NCBI GenBank assembly: GCA_041483195.1
Contig: JBGPFC010000002.1
Location: 1 to 64,000, forward strand
DNA: 64,000 nucleotides
Direction of reading: 5' to 3'
Source: Candidatus Eiseniibacteriota bacterium
GTDB lineage: Bacteria > Eisenbacteria > RBG-16-71-46
The position numbers and the translations under genes were made by a program. Position 1 is the stretch's first letter; each line of letters opens with the position of its first letter. Below the pieces are notes generated by a model, which saw only the letters and a list, made by a program, of their open reading frames with translations, did not search any database and was not told the origin of the DNA. Of the stretch, positions 52,431-62,054 are shown one piece after another.

Positions 52431-55063
52431 CGCCAGCGCTCGCGGGGCAGCGGCGTTCGAATGCGCCCCACCGAAAGCGCGCGCGCCGCGGGCGAGTCCT
52501 TCATGGGCAGCGCCATGCGCCGCACGCCGTCGAACGCCTCGAGCGCGCCGGCCACCGCCGCCGCGGTGGGCACGAGTCCGATCTCGCCCAGCCCCTTCGC
52601 CCCGAACGGGCCCTCCGGCTCCGGCTCCTCGACCAGCAGCACCTCCACCGCCGGCATGTCGCGCGCGCGCAGGATGCCGAGCTGGTAGCGGGAGAACGTG
52701 ACCGGCATGCCGTCCACGCACGGCAGCTCCTCGCTGAGCGCGTAGCCCAGCCCCATGTGGATCGCGCCCTGGATCTGCGCCTCGCACAGCGCCGGGTTCA
52801 CGGCGCGTCCCACGTCGTGCGCCGCGATGACGCGCTCGAGCCGGCCGAGTGGATCGAGCACGCACAGCTGCGTCGCGAAGCCGTAGGTGGTGTGCGTCTT
52901 GATGACCGGGACATCGGCGCCGAGCGCCGTGGTGTCGTCAACGCACTCGTCGGCGGCGTACACGCGGCCCGCGAGCGAGGCCAGGGCCGCGCCGCGATCG
53001 AGATCCGCCCGCAACTTCTCGGCCGCGCTCTTCACGGCCCGGCCCGCGAACAGCGTCGCCCGCGAGCCCGTGGTCTGGCCGCAGTCGAGCGCGAAGGTCG
53101 CGTCCACCTTCGGGCGAAACGCGGCGGGCGGGAGCCCCGTGACCTCGACCGCGATCTGGATCAGGACGGTGAACAGCCCCTGGCCCATCTCGGTGAAGCC
53201 CTGGTAGATGCCGACCGTGCCGTCGCGTTCGACGACCAGCCGCGCCTTGCCCCATTCCACCACGCCGTTCCCGAGCCCGGTGTTCTTGATCCCGCACGCG
53301 ATGCCCACCGCGCGCCCCTCCGCGACCAGCGCGCGGTAGCGATCGCGCACCGCGAGCAGCGTGCGCCGGATGCCGACCGATTTCGTGAGGCGCTGCCCGG
53401 TGGTGAGCGCGTCGCCCGGTTCGATCGCGTTGCGCCAGCGGATCTCCCAGCGGTCGAGCCCGCTCGCGCGGGCGAGCGCGTCCATCGCGCCCTCGATCGC
53501 GAAAGCGGCCTGGTTCGCGCCGAAGCCGCGCATCGCGCCGCACGGCGGGTTGTTCGTGTAGACCGCGAGCGCCTCGATGTCCACGGCGGGCACGCGGTAC
53601 GGGCCGCAGACGTGCCCCGCCGCCCGCTCGAGGACCTTCGCCCCGACCGAGGCGTAAGCTCCGGAGTCGCCGAGCAGCCGCGCCTCCACCGCGGTGAGCC
53701 GGCCTTCGGCATCGCATCCCACCCGCAGGCGCAGGGTGATGGGATGGCGCTTGGGGTGCATGCGTATCGATTCGCGCCGCGAGAGCGCGAGCTTGACCGG
53801 CCGGCCCGTGAGCGAAGCGAGCAGGGCCGCGTGTCCCTGGATCGAGAGATCCTCCTTGCCGCCGAACGCGCCGCCGCTCGGCCGCAGCTCGACGAACACC
53901 CGCTCCTCCGGCACCGCGAGCAGTCGTGCGACCTGGCGCCGGTCGTCGAACACGCCCTGGCCCTGGGTGTACAGGTGGAGCACGCCGTCCGGACGCGGCA
54001 CCGCGAACGCGCACTCGGGCTCGAGGAAGTAGTGCTCGATGCGTTGCGTGCTCCACGTGCCGGAGATCACGTGCGCGCTGGCCTCCAGCGCCCGCCGCGC
54101 GTCGCCGCGCCGGATCGTGGAGCGCGAGAGCAGGTTGTCCCGCGACGGGTGCACGCGCGGCGCATCCGGGCGCAGCGCGGCCTCGGGGTCGGTGAGCGGC
54201 GCGAGGGTTTCGTATTCGACGTCGATGGAGGCCGCGGCCTCGCGCGCCGCGGCCTCGCTCTCGGCGGCGACCGCCGCGATCACGTCTCCCACGCAGCGTG
54301 TCTCCTCGCCGGCCGCGACGAACGCCGGCCAGTCGTCGGTGAGGAGACCGTTCCAGCGCTCGCCGCGCACGTCGGCGGCGGTCGCGATGCACACCACGCC
54401 CGGCACGGCCCGCGCGCGCGCGGTGCCGATGCTGACCACCCGCGCGCGGGCGTGCTCGCTCAGCGCGACGGCGCCGAACAACATGCCGGGGCGCGCGAGG
54501 TCGTCGACGAACGCGCTCTCGCCGAGCGTGAGCGCGCGGGCGCCGTACCGCTCGAGACGCGCGCCGACCCCTCCCGCGTCGTGCGGCCCGGGGAGCGGCA
54601 CGCCGCGCGCGGCGCCCGCCGCGAGCGCGATCGCGTCGAGAATCGAGTGGTATCCGGTGCAGCGACAGAGATGTTCATCGAGCGCCGCCGCGATCTGCTC
54701 GCGGGTGGGCGCCGGGTTTCGATCGAGCAGGTGCTTCGCGCGCATCACGATCCCGGGCGTGCAGAAGCCGCACTGTACGCCGCCCGCGGCGGCGAAAGCG
54801 CCAGCGAACCGCTCGCGCTCCAGCGGGCTCAGGCCCTCGACGGTCAGCACCTCGCAGCCCGCTGCGGCGGCGGCGGGGAGGGTGCACGTCGCGCGCGGCT
54901 CGCCGTTCACCAGCGCGACGCACGCCCCGCACTGTCCGAGCGGCGGGCAGCCGCGTTTCGGCGAGCGGATGCCGAGCCGCTCCCGCAGGATGTCGAGCAG
55001 GGACTCGGAGGGAGCGGCTTCGACCTCGCGCGGCTCCGCGTTCACGATCAGAGAGACCCGCAT
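52427..55063 (-). CDS. single-chain 2Fe-2S + molybdopterin hydroxylase (selenium-dependent xanthine dehydrogenase family)
   Basis: GC...GQCGAC, QCGFCTPG, CRCTGY, GGAFGGKED, MHPKRHP, GAMRGFG, EMGQG, TTGSR, AHDVG, GAKGLGE; 878 aa. Confidence 0.9.
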
Positions 55064-55067
55064 GGCC

Positions 55068-56627
55068 TCACGCCCTCGCGGCCGCCGCGAGCGCCCCCGG
55101 GTAGCGGGCGAGGAACGCGATCGCGGCCTCCAGCTCACGCACGTCGAGACACTCCCCGATCTTGTGCGTGTTCTGCTCGATGCCGGTGCCGATGCCGAAC
55201 ATCGCGGCGTGGCGGAACGCGCCGGCATCGACCCAGCGCTTGCGCCCCGGCACCTCGATGCCGCTGCCCTCCGCCGGCACCGGCCAGCCCACGCCGTCGG
55301 TCGAGAAGATCCAGCGGTCGACGCGCGGCTCGCGCCGCAGCGATCCGCCCTGCTCGCGTGGCTCCCTGACGTGCGGCGAGACCGCGGCGCGCCACGCCGA
55401 AACCGCCGCGCGAATCGCCGGGTGCTCCTCGGGCGTCACCCAGCCCATGTAGATCTGCGGATTGCCAGGCACGTACCCGCGCCAGGTCGGCTGCTCGTAG
55501 GTCGGCACGGCGATCGTGACGCGCAGTCCCGCCGCGCGCGCGCGGCCCACCGCCGGCAGCGCCTCCACGTCGGCGAGCGCCCGCTCCGGGGTTTCGCCCA
55601 CCGTGAGCCGGCGATCGAAACGGAAGGTGAAGCGTTCCGGCACCGCGCAATCGCTCGGCGTCTCGAGCGCGGCCCACGACGCGGTGCGCGTGCCGTGTCC
55701 GAGGAACGCGTGATCGAGAAATCCCTCGCGGCGGTCGTAGGCCGAGGCGGCCTCGGCGAGGATCGCGCCGCCGTGCTCGAGCGGGTTCAAGCCCTCCCAT
55801 GGCATCGAACCGTGGCACGAGCGGCCCGCGATCGCGACCTCGATCTGCATGCGGCCGCGCTGGCCGCGATAGAGTCCGAGCGCGCCCTTCGCCGCGTCGC
55901 CGGTCGAGTCGGTGAGGATCACCACGTCGGGGATCAGCTCGGGCGGGGCGCCGGGCAGCAGCCGGCGGGTGACCCAGAGCGGGCCGCCGCCGTCGTTGTC
56001 CTCCTCGCCGACCGTGATCATGCCGCGCACGATCACGCCGCTCAGCGCCCCGGCGGGAGCGACCTCGACCAGGATGCGGGAGGCCACGATCTGCGACACC
56101 ACCCCGCCGAGCTGGTCGGCCGCGCCGCGGCCGAACACCAGGTGGTGCCATTCGTCGTCGGGGGGCAGGTAACCGAGCTCGCGGCGCAGGAAGCCGCGAT
56201 CCACCCGCGCGGGATCGATCACGCCCAGGTAGGGATCGATGCCGCCGGTCTTCTCGAGCCACTGCGGCCGCAGCGCCTTCACCGTGTCGCAATGGCCATC
56301 GAGCCAGATGACCCGCTTCTCGGCGCGCGGGACGCCGTCGCCGCGGTCCTCCAGCGTCCACTCGAGATTGCCGAACGCGTCGAAGCCCGCGTCGGCCGGG
56401 TTCGCGACCGCTCCGATCTCGATCATCGTGCGCAGCAGGTACTCGATGCGCGGCCCCTCGTGATTGCTGAGCCCGCAAGCGGGATCGCCGCCGGCTTCGA
56501 GCGGGCGATCCACGACGTCGGCGGGGATGCGGATCGCCTCGCGCAGGATCGAGGTCGCGAGCGGAAGATCGCGGGCGGCGAGCGCCGCGAGGCGATCGTC
56601 GAGCGCCGAGGACGCGGTGGGGCTCAT
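55068..56627 (-). CDS. ygeY: YgeY-like M20 metallo-amidohydrolase
   Basis: DGHCDTV, GRGAADQ.GG, EED, RGQRGRM, G.SCHGS.P, DRRLT.GET, W.FSTDGV; cluster context. Confidence 0.8.
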   Translation of the reverse strand: MSPTASSALDDRLAALAARDLPLATSILREAIRIPADVVDRPLEAGGDPACGLSNHEGPRIEYLLRTMIEIGAVANPADAGFDAFGNLEWTLEDRGDGVPRAEKRVIWLDGHCDTVKALRPQWLEKTGGIDPYLGVIDPARVDRGFLRRELGYLPPDDEWHHLVFGRGAADQLGGVVSQIVASRILVEVAPAGALSGVIVRGMITVGEEDNDGGGPLWVTRRLLPGAPPELIPDVVILTDSTGDAAKGALGLYRGQRGRMQIEVAIAGRSCHGSMPWEGLNPLEHGGAILAEAASAYDRREGFLDHAFLGHGTRTASWAALETPSDCAVPERFTFRFDRRLTVGETPERALADVEALPAVGRARAAGLRVTIAVPTYEQPTWRGYVPGNPQIYMGWVTPEEHPAIRAAVSAWRAAVSPHVREPREQGGSLRREPRVDRWIFSTDGVGWPVPAEGSGIEVPGRKRWVDAGAFRHAAMFGIGTGIEQNTHKIGECLDVRELEAAIAFLARYPGALAAAARA

Positions 56628-57766
56628 GGCCGCGTCGCCCCGAGGCGCAGCGCCAGGTCGGGCACGCTCGCGACCGCGAGCAGCGCCATCACGACGTAGA
56701 CCTTGTGGTTCGCCTGGCGCGCGACGTTCACGCGATGGCGGCCCATCACGGCGGGCGAGACCTCGGCGCCGATGTCGGCGGGCAGGCAGTGAAGGTAGAG
56801 CGCCTCGCCGCGCGCGGTGAGCCCCATGCGGCGCTCGTCGCAGATCCAGTCCCGGTGCGCAGCGTTGCGCTCGAGCGCCGCGCCCTCGATCGCGCGCATC
56901 CGCTCGCGGTCGCGCGCCCGGTTGGCGTCGACGCGCTCCAGCATCAGGTCGTACGGGCCCCAGCTCTTGGGGTAGACGGCCTCCGCATCGCGGAACGCAT
57001 CGTCCATGGAGTCCACCACCGTGAAGCGTCCGTTCGATTCGCGCGCGCCGTCGACGGCCGCGGCGAGGCATTCGTCCATCAGGCGGTATCCGGGCGGATG
57101 CGCGAGCCGCACGTCGGCGCCGAACCGCGTGAGCAGCGTGATGAGCCCCTGCGGCACGGAGAGCGGCTTCGCGTAGCTGGGGGAGTACGCCCAGCTCACG
57201 GCGATCCTGCGATTCGCGAGCCCCGCGGGGAATCGTTCGCGCAGCCACTGGAGATCGGCGAGCGTCTGCGTGGGATGATCCACGTCGCACTGGAGGTTCA
57301 CGATCGGGACCGCGCGCGGGTCGCCGCTCGCCTCCAGGTACTCGTCGATCCCGCGCTTCACTTCACGCATGAATCGCTGGCCCTCGCCGAGGATCAGGTC
57401 GTGGCGAATGCCGAGCGCATGCGCGTTCATGCCCAGCATCGCCCCGGTCTCTGCGGCGGTCTCGCCGTGCTCGACCTGGGTCGAGCTGCCGTCCACGATC
57501 ACGGGCTGCATCCCGAGCCGCGCGGCCGCGCCCGCCCACGCGGACTTGGTGCGCGTCGAGTTGTCGAAGAACAGCGCGTAGGCGAGACGGTGGGGCAGCA
57601 GGTCGAGCGGGTGCCCGGCGCGGTCGAGCGCCGCGAACCGCGCCGCGACGGCGAGCAGCGTCTCGATCTCGGACCGCGTCCAGTCGGTGGTGAGCAGCAG
57701 GCTCCGGCCGCGGAGCGCTTCGAGGGCGGCGGGTTCGAGGGCGGCGGGGGCGGCGGCGCGGGTCAT
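56624..57766 (-). CDS. ygeW: knotted carbamoyltransferase YgeW
   Basis: FDNSTRT, NLQCDVDHPTQ, WAYSPSYAKPLSVPQG, YPKSW, YLHCLPADI. Confidence 0.92.
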   Translation of the reverse strand: MTRAAAPAALEPAALEALRGRSLLLTTDWTRSEIETLLAVAARFAALDRAGHPLDLLPHRLAYALFFDNSTRTKSAWAGAAARLGMQPVIVDGSSTQVEHGETAAETGAMLGMNAHALGIRHDLILGEGQRFMREVKRGIDEYLEASGDPRAVPIVNLQCDVDHPTQTLADLQWLRERFPAGLANRRIAVSWAYSPSYAKPLSVPQGLITLLTRFGADVRLAHPPGYRLMDECLAAAVDGARESNGRFTVVDSMDDAFRDAEAVYPKSWGPYDLMLERVDANRARDRERMRAIEGAALERNAAHRDWICDERRMGLTARGEALYLHCLPADIGAEVSPAVMGRHRVNVARQANHKVYVVMALLAVASVPDLALRLGATRP

Positions 57767-58713
57767 GGAATCTCCTTCACGATCCGGGTGCCCGCGCGTC
57801 CTTCGAAGGCGTCGACGAGGCACTCGGGGCGGCAGATGGTGACCTCCTCGCCGCCGCGCGCGAGGAACCGCATCGCGGCCTCGACCTTGGGGCCCATGCT
57901 CCCTGGCGGAAATTGCCCGGCGGTCGCGAGCGTCTCGAGCTCGGCGAGGGTGGTCTGACGCAGCGGACGGCGGCGCTCGGTGAGGTAGTCGCGGTAGATC
58001 GCGTCCACCGAGGTCGTGATGAACATGCGCTTCGCGCCGAGCGCCAGCGCGAGCAGCGCGCTCGCGCGGTCCTTGTCGATGACCGCCTCGAGGCCGCGCA
58101 CGCGCCCTTCGCCGTTCCGCACGACCGGGATGCCGCCGCCACCGCACGCGATCACGATGACTCCGGCCTCTACCAGCCGGCGGATGGTCTCGAGCTGCAC
58201 GATCTCGATGGGGGCGGGCGATGGGACGACGCGCCGCCAGCCCCGGTGCGAGTCCTCGACCATGTCCCAGCCGCGCTCCGCGCGCAGGCCTTCGGCCTCC
58301 GCGGCTTCGTAGAACTTGCCGATCGGCTTGGTGGGCTCCGTGAAGGCGCGATCGCGCGGATCCACCTCCACCTCGGTCACCAGCGTCGCGACCTCGGCCG
58401 CGATGCCGCGGCGACGGAGCGCCTCGCGCAGGTCGCGCTGGATCATGTAGCCGAGCGCGCCCTGCGAATCCGCCACCAGCGAGTCGAGCGGCACCTCGTG
58501 GATCTGCGATTTCGCGAGCTCGACCCGCAGCTGCATGAATCCGATCTGCGGGCCATTGCCGTGGGTGATGACCACCTGCACCCCGCGCGCGATGAGCTCC
58601 GCGAGCGGCACGACCGCGCGCGCGGTCACCGCGAACTGGTTTTCGACAGTGGGCGGCAGCCCGGGATCGAGCAGGGAATTGCCGCCCATGGCGATCACGA
58701 CCGGATGTGACAT
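57763..58713 (-). CDS. arcC: carbamate kinase (YqeA/ArcC)
   Basis: [55 protein letters not shown]. Confidence 0.96.
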   Translation of the reverse strand: MSHPVVIAMGGNSLLDPGLPPTVENQFAVTARAVVPLAELIARGVQVVITHGNGPQIGFMQLRVELAKSQIHEVPLDSLVADSQGALGYMIQRDLREALRRRGIAAEVATLVTEVEVDPRDRAFTEPTKPIGKFYEAAEAEGLRAERGWDMVEDSHRGWRRVVPSPAPIEIVQLETIRRLVEAGVIVIACGGGGIPVVRNGEGRVRGLEAVIDKDRASALLALALGAKRMFITTSVDAIYRDYLTERRRPLRQTTLAELETLATAGQFPPGSMGPKVEAAMRFLARGGEEVTICRPECLVDAFEGRAGTRIVKEIP

Positions 58714-58791
58714 GAGGCGCCCTCGCGTGTCGCGGCCGGCAGCTTCCCGCCCGAGGCCGGCGCGGGGGCGGGCCGCGTGCCCCGATCGAGC

Positions 58792-58806
58792 GCAACCTTT
58801 GTGCCG
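58792..58806 (-). promoter_or_regulatory. sigma54 promoter for arcC-ygeW-ygeY-xdh-ssnA-ygfK
   Basis: Minus strand CGGCAC-AAAGG-TTGC, exact GG-N10-GC spacing, about 80 nt upstream of the ATG. Confidence 0.75.
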
Positions 58807-58890
58807 GAGCCGCGAGCCGCCCCGGGCGCGTGCGGGCTTCGGTTTGGGCGGTGCGCGCGCCCGGCGCGCCGCCTCGGCCCCGCCCCTCCA

Positions 58891-58924
58891 TGACAGTTTC
58901 AGCAGGCCGCCTGACAGGAAAGCA
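58891..58924. promoter_or_regulatory. tandem repeat, candidate enhancer-binding-protein sites
   Basis: TGACAGtttcAGCA (58891) and TGACAGgaaAGCA (58912), 21-nt period, midway between two sigma54 motifs. Confidence 0.55.
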
Positions 58925-59000
58925 TCCCGTCCCGCCCCCGGAGAGCCGGAGGCCAGGGGCTGCGCCGCGCGCGGCATGCGGATAGGATCGGGACCGGCTT

Positions 59001-59016
59001 CGGCCCGCGGATTGCA
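59001..59016 (+). promoter_or_regulatory. sigma54 promoter for the two PLP-enzyme genes
   Basis: CGGCCC-GCGGA-TTGCA, GG-N10-GC spacing, 80 nt upstream of ATG 59096. Confidence 0.65.
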
Positions 59017-59095
59017 GCGCGGCCCCGTGGCCCGGGTGATCGCGCGCGAATCGCTCGCGCGCCGGCGAGGCGCGCACGAAAGGAACCGACTCCGC

Positions 59096-60595
59096 ATGTC
59101 CGTCTCAGACTTCACCACCGAGATCGAGAGCCGTGAGGTATACGATCGCGCGGTGCGGCGCTTCCGCGAAGCCCGCGTCTCGCTCCCCACCTTCGCGGAG
59201 CTCGCCGATCCGAGGCGCATCGCGCGCGGCACGCTCGCCTCGCTCGCGGGCGCCGATCCCGACGCCCCCGATGCGCGCAATCTCTACCGCGTCCACTGGT
59301 GGAACGACCGCTCGCGCCGGGCCCTGTCGGAGGTGCCCGACCACCTGGTCCTGACCCGCGAGCTCACCGGCGTCGAGTCCCCGATCCTGGTCGCGCTCGG
59401 GAATCGATTCCCGATGATCCGCGCGCACAAGGTGCTCGCGGCCTACGCGTGTCTCGCGCCGCGCGTCGTCACCGGGCGGTTCGATCCAACCTCGCATCGC
59501 GCGGTGTGGCCTTCGACCGGGAACTACTGCCGCGGCGGCGTCGCGATCTCGCGGATCATGGGCTGCCGGGGGGTCGCCGTGCTCCCAGAGGGCATGAGCG
59601 ACGAGCGATTCCGCTGGCTCGAGCGCTGGGTCGTGGATCCCGCCGACATCGTGCGAACCCCCGGAACCGAGAGCAACGTGAAGGAGATCTACGATCGGTG
59701 CGCGGTGCTCGAGCGCGATCCCGCGAACGTGATCCTGAACCAGTTCAGCGAGTGGGGAAACCACCTCGCGCACCTGATGTGCACGGGGCCGGCGCTCGAA
59801 TCCGTGTTCGAGGCCGCGCGTGCCTCGCGCCCGGGGCTGCGGCTCGCGGCGTTCGTATCGGCCAGCGGCTCGGCCGGCACCCTCGCCGCCGGCGACTGGG
59901 TGAAGGAGCGCCACGCCGCTCGCATCGTCGCGGTCGAGGCGCTCGAGTGCCCGACGCTGCTCGAGAACGGGTTCGGCGAGCACAACATCCAGGGCATCGG
60001 GGACAAGCACGTGCCCTTCATCCACAACGTGATGAACACCGACGTCGTGGCCGCGGTCTCGGATCGCGCGACCGACCAGCTCGGCGTGCTGTTCGCGTCG
60101 GACGAGGGGCGGGCCTACCTGGCGGCGCGGCGCGGCGTGCCGCCCGCCACCCTCGCCGCTCTCGACGGCCTCGGGCTCTCGAGCATCTGCAACGTGGTCG
60201 CGGCGGTGAAGACCGCGAAGGCGCTGCGACTCGGCCCCGGCGACGCGATCGTCACCGTGGCGACCGATGGCGCCGAGCTGTACGCCTCCGAGCGGCACAA
60301 GACGATGGCGCGCGACTTCGCGGGCGGGTTCGACGCGACCGCCGCCGCCGAGACCTTCGGGCGTCACATGCTGGGCGCCGACGAGGCGCACCTGCTGGTG
60401 CTCGACGACCGCGAGCGCCGGCGCATCTTCAATCTCGGTTACTACACCTGGGTCGAGCAGCAGGGGGTGTCGCTCGCGGAGTTCTCGGCGCGCGGCGATC
60501 AGGCGTACTGGATCGGGCTGCGCGAGCGGGTGGCCCGGTGGGACGAGATGATCCGCGAGTTCAACCGGCGCACCGGCATGGCGGCGGCGCATTGA
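59096..60595 (+). CDS. PLP-dependent fold-type II enzyme (cysteine synthase/tryptophan synthase beta-like)
   Basis: AAAGGA RBS; AHKV (PLP Lys), [36 protein letters not shown]; 499 aa. Confidence 0.87.
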   Translation: MSVSDFTTEIESREVYDRAVRRFREARVSLPTFAELADPRRIARGTLASLAGADPDAPDARNLYRVHWWNDRSRRALSEVPDHLVLTRELTGVESPILVALGNRFPMIRAHKVLAAYACLAPRVVTGRFDPTSHRAVWPSTGNYCRGGVAISRIMGCRGVAVLPEGMSDERFRWLERWVVDPADIVRTPGTESNVKEIYDRCAVLERDPANVILNQFSEWGNHLAHLMCTGPALESVFEAARASRPGLRLAAFVSASGSAGTLAAGDWVKERHAARIVAVEALECPTLLENGFGEHNIQGIGDKHVPFIHNVMNTDVVAAVSDRATDQLGVLFASDEGRAYLAARRGVPPATLAALDGLGLSSICNVVAAVKTAKALRLGPGDAIVTVATDGAELYASERHKTMARDFAGGFDATAAAETFGRHMLGADEAHLLVLDDRERRRIFNLGYYTWVEQQGVSLAEFSARGDQAYWIGLRERVARWDEMIREFNRRTGMAAAH

Positions 60596-60597
60596 GC

Positions 60598-62031
60598 GTG
60601 AAGGTCGCGAGCCGCCTCGCGTGTGCGGGCTGCGGCGATGCGCCCGGGGCGCGCGACGCCTACCCGTTTCGTTGTCCACGCGCCGGATCGGACGACGGCG
60701 CGGACCACGTGCTCACGCGCGTGCTCGACCTCGAGCCGGAGCGTTTCGCCCCGCAGGCGTCCCACCCGCGGTTCGCATGGGACGATGCAGAGCACCCGTT
60801 CGTGAGGTTCCGCACCCTGCTCCATGCGTACCATCGCGCCCGCGCGGGAGGAATGCTCGACGGCGAGTTCGCGGGGCGGGTTGCCGCGCTCGACGCGCGG
60901 GTCGCGGCGGTCGACGGACGGGGCTTTCGCGTCACGCCCTTCGCCCCGAGCCCGGCGCTCGGCGTGCAGCTCGGGGTCGCGGGCGGTCTGTGGATCAAGG
61001 ACGAGACCGAGAACGTCGCGGGCTCGCACAAGGCGCGGCACCTGTTCGGCATCCTGCTCCACCTCGAGGTGGCGGAGGGCATCGGGCTGACCTCGCGCGC
61101 CGAGAGCGATCGGCGCGGGCTCGCGATCGCGAGCTGCGGCAACGCGGCGCTCGCGGCGGCCGTGCTCGCGCGCGCGAGCGAGCGCCCGCTTGGCGTCTTC
61201 ATCCCGACCGACGCCGATCCCCGCGTGGTCGAGCGGCTGAAGGCGCTCGGCGCACGCATCACCGTCTGCCCCCGTCGCGGGGGCGAGCGTGGCGATCCGT
61301 GCATGCACGAGTTCCGCCGCGCCGTCGCGGCCGGCGCGCTCCCGTTCTGCTGCCAGGGGAGCGAGAACGGCCTCACGATCGAGGGAGGCGAGACGCTTGC
61401 GTGGGAGATTGCCTCCTCGCTCGCATCGGAGGGGGCCACGCTCGACCGGCTCTTCGTCCAGGTGGGCGGCGGCGCGCTCGCGAGCGCCACCGTGCAGGGA
61501 TTGCGCGAGGCGAAGGCGCTCGGCGCGATCCAGCGCCTGCCGCGCATCCATCCGGTGCAGACGCGTGGCGCGCATCCGCTGCGCCGCGCGTACGAGCGGG
61601 TGCGCGCGCGGATCTGCGAGGCGCTCGGCGCGCGCGAGACCGGCGATGAGGCGTGCGCGGACTTGATGCGGGAAGCCGCCGGCGGCCAGCGGGTGCGCGA
61701 TGTGCTCCACGACGCGCAGCTGCACCGCGCCCGGTTCATGTGGCCGTGGGAGGAGACGCCGCACAGCGTCGCGCACGGGATTCTCGACGACGAGACCTAC
61801 GATTGGCACGCGGTGGTCGCCGGCGTGATCGAGACCGGCGGCTGGCCGGTCACCGCGGGGGAGGACGCGCTTCGGGAGGCGCGGGCGCTGGCCCACGACG
61901 TCGCCGGGATCCACGCGGATCACACCGGGGCCGCCGGGCTCGCGGGGCTGATCGCGTTGCGCGGGAGCTCCGGCACGCGGCCCCACGAGTCCGCGGCGAT
62001 CCTCATGACCGGGATCGAGCGCCGCGGCTAG
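60598..62031 (+). CDS. threonine synthase-like PLP fold-type II enzyme
   Basis: GTG 2 nt after the previous stop; N-terminal C..CG...FRCP; TP, KDET.NV.GSHKAR, IASCGNAA, VQVGGGAL, GA.GLAG, ..TG; 477 aa. Confidence 0.85.
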   Translation: MKVASRLACAGCGDAPGARDAYPFRCPRAGSDDGADHVLTRVLDLEPERFAPQASHPRFAWDDAEHPFVRFRTLLHAYHRARAGGMLDGEFAGRVAALDARVAAVDGRGFRVTPFAPSPALGVQLGVAGGLWIKDETENVAGSHKARHLFGILLHLEVAEGIGLTSRAESDRRGLAIASCGNAALAAAVLARASERPLGVFIPTDADPRVVERLKALGARITVCPRRGGERGDPCMHEFRRAVAAGALPFCCQGSENGLTIEGGETLAWEIASSLASEGATLDRLFVQVGGGALASATVQGLREAKALGAIQRLPRIHPVQTRGAHPLRRAYERVRARICEALGARETGDEACADLMREAAGGQRVRDVLHDAQLHRARFMWPWEETPHSVAHGILDDETYDWHAVVAGVIETGGWPVTAGEDALREARALAHDVAGIHADHTGAAGLAGLIALRGSSGTRPHESAAILMTGIERRG

Positions 62032-62054
62032 CGCGACGCCCGACCCGCCCCTGG

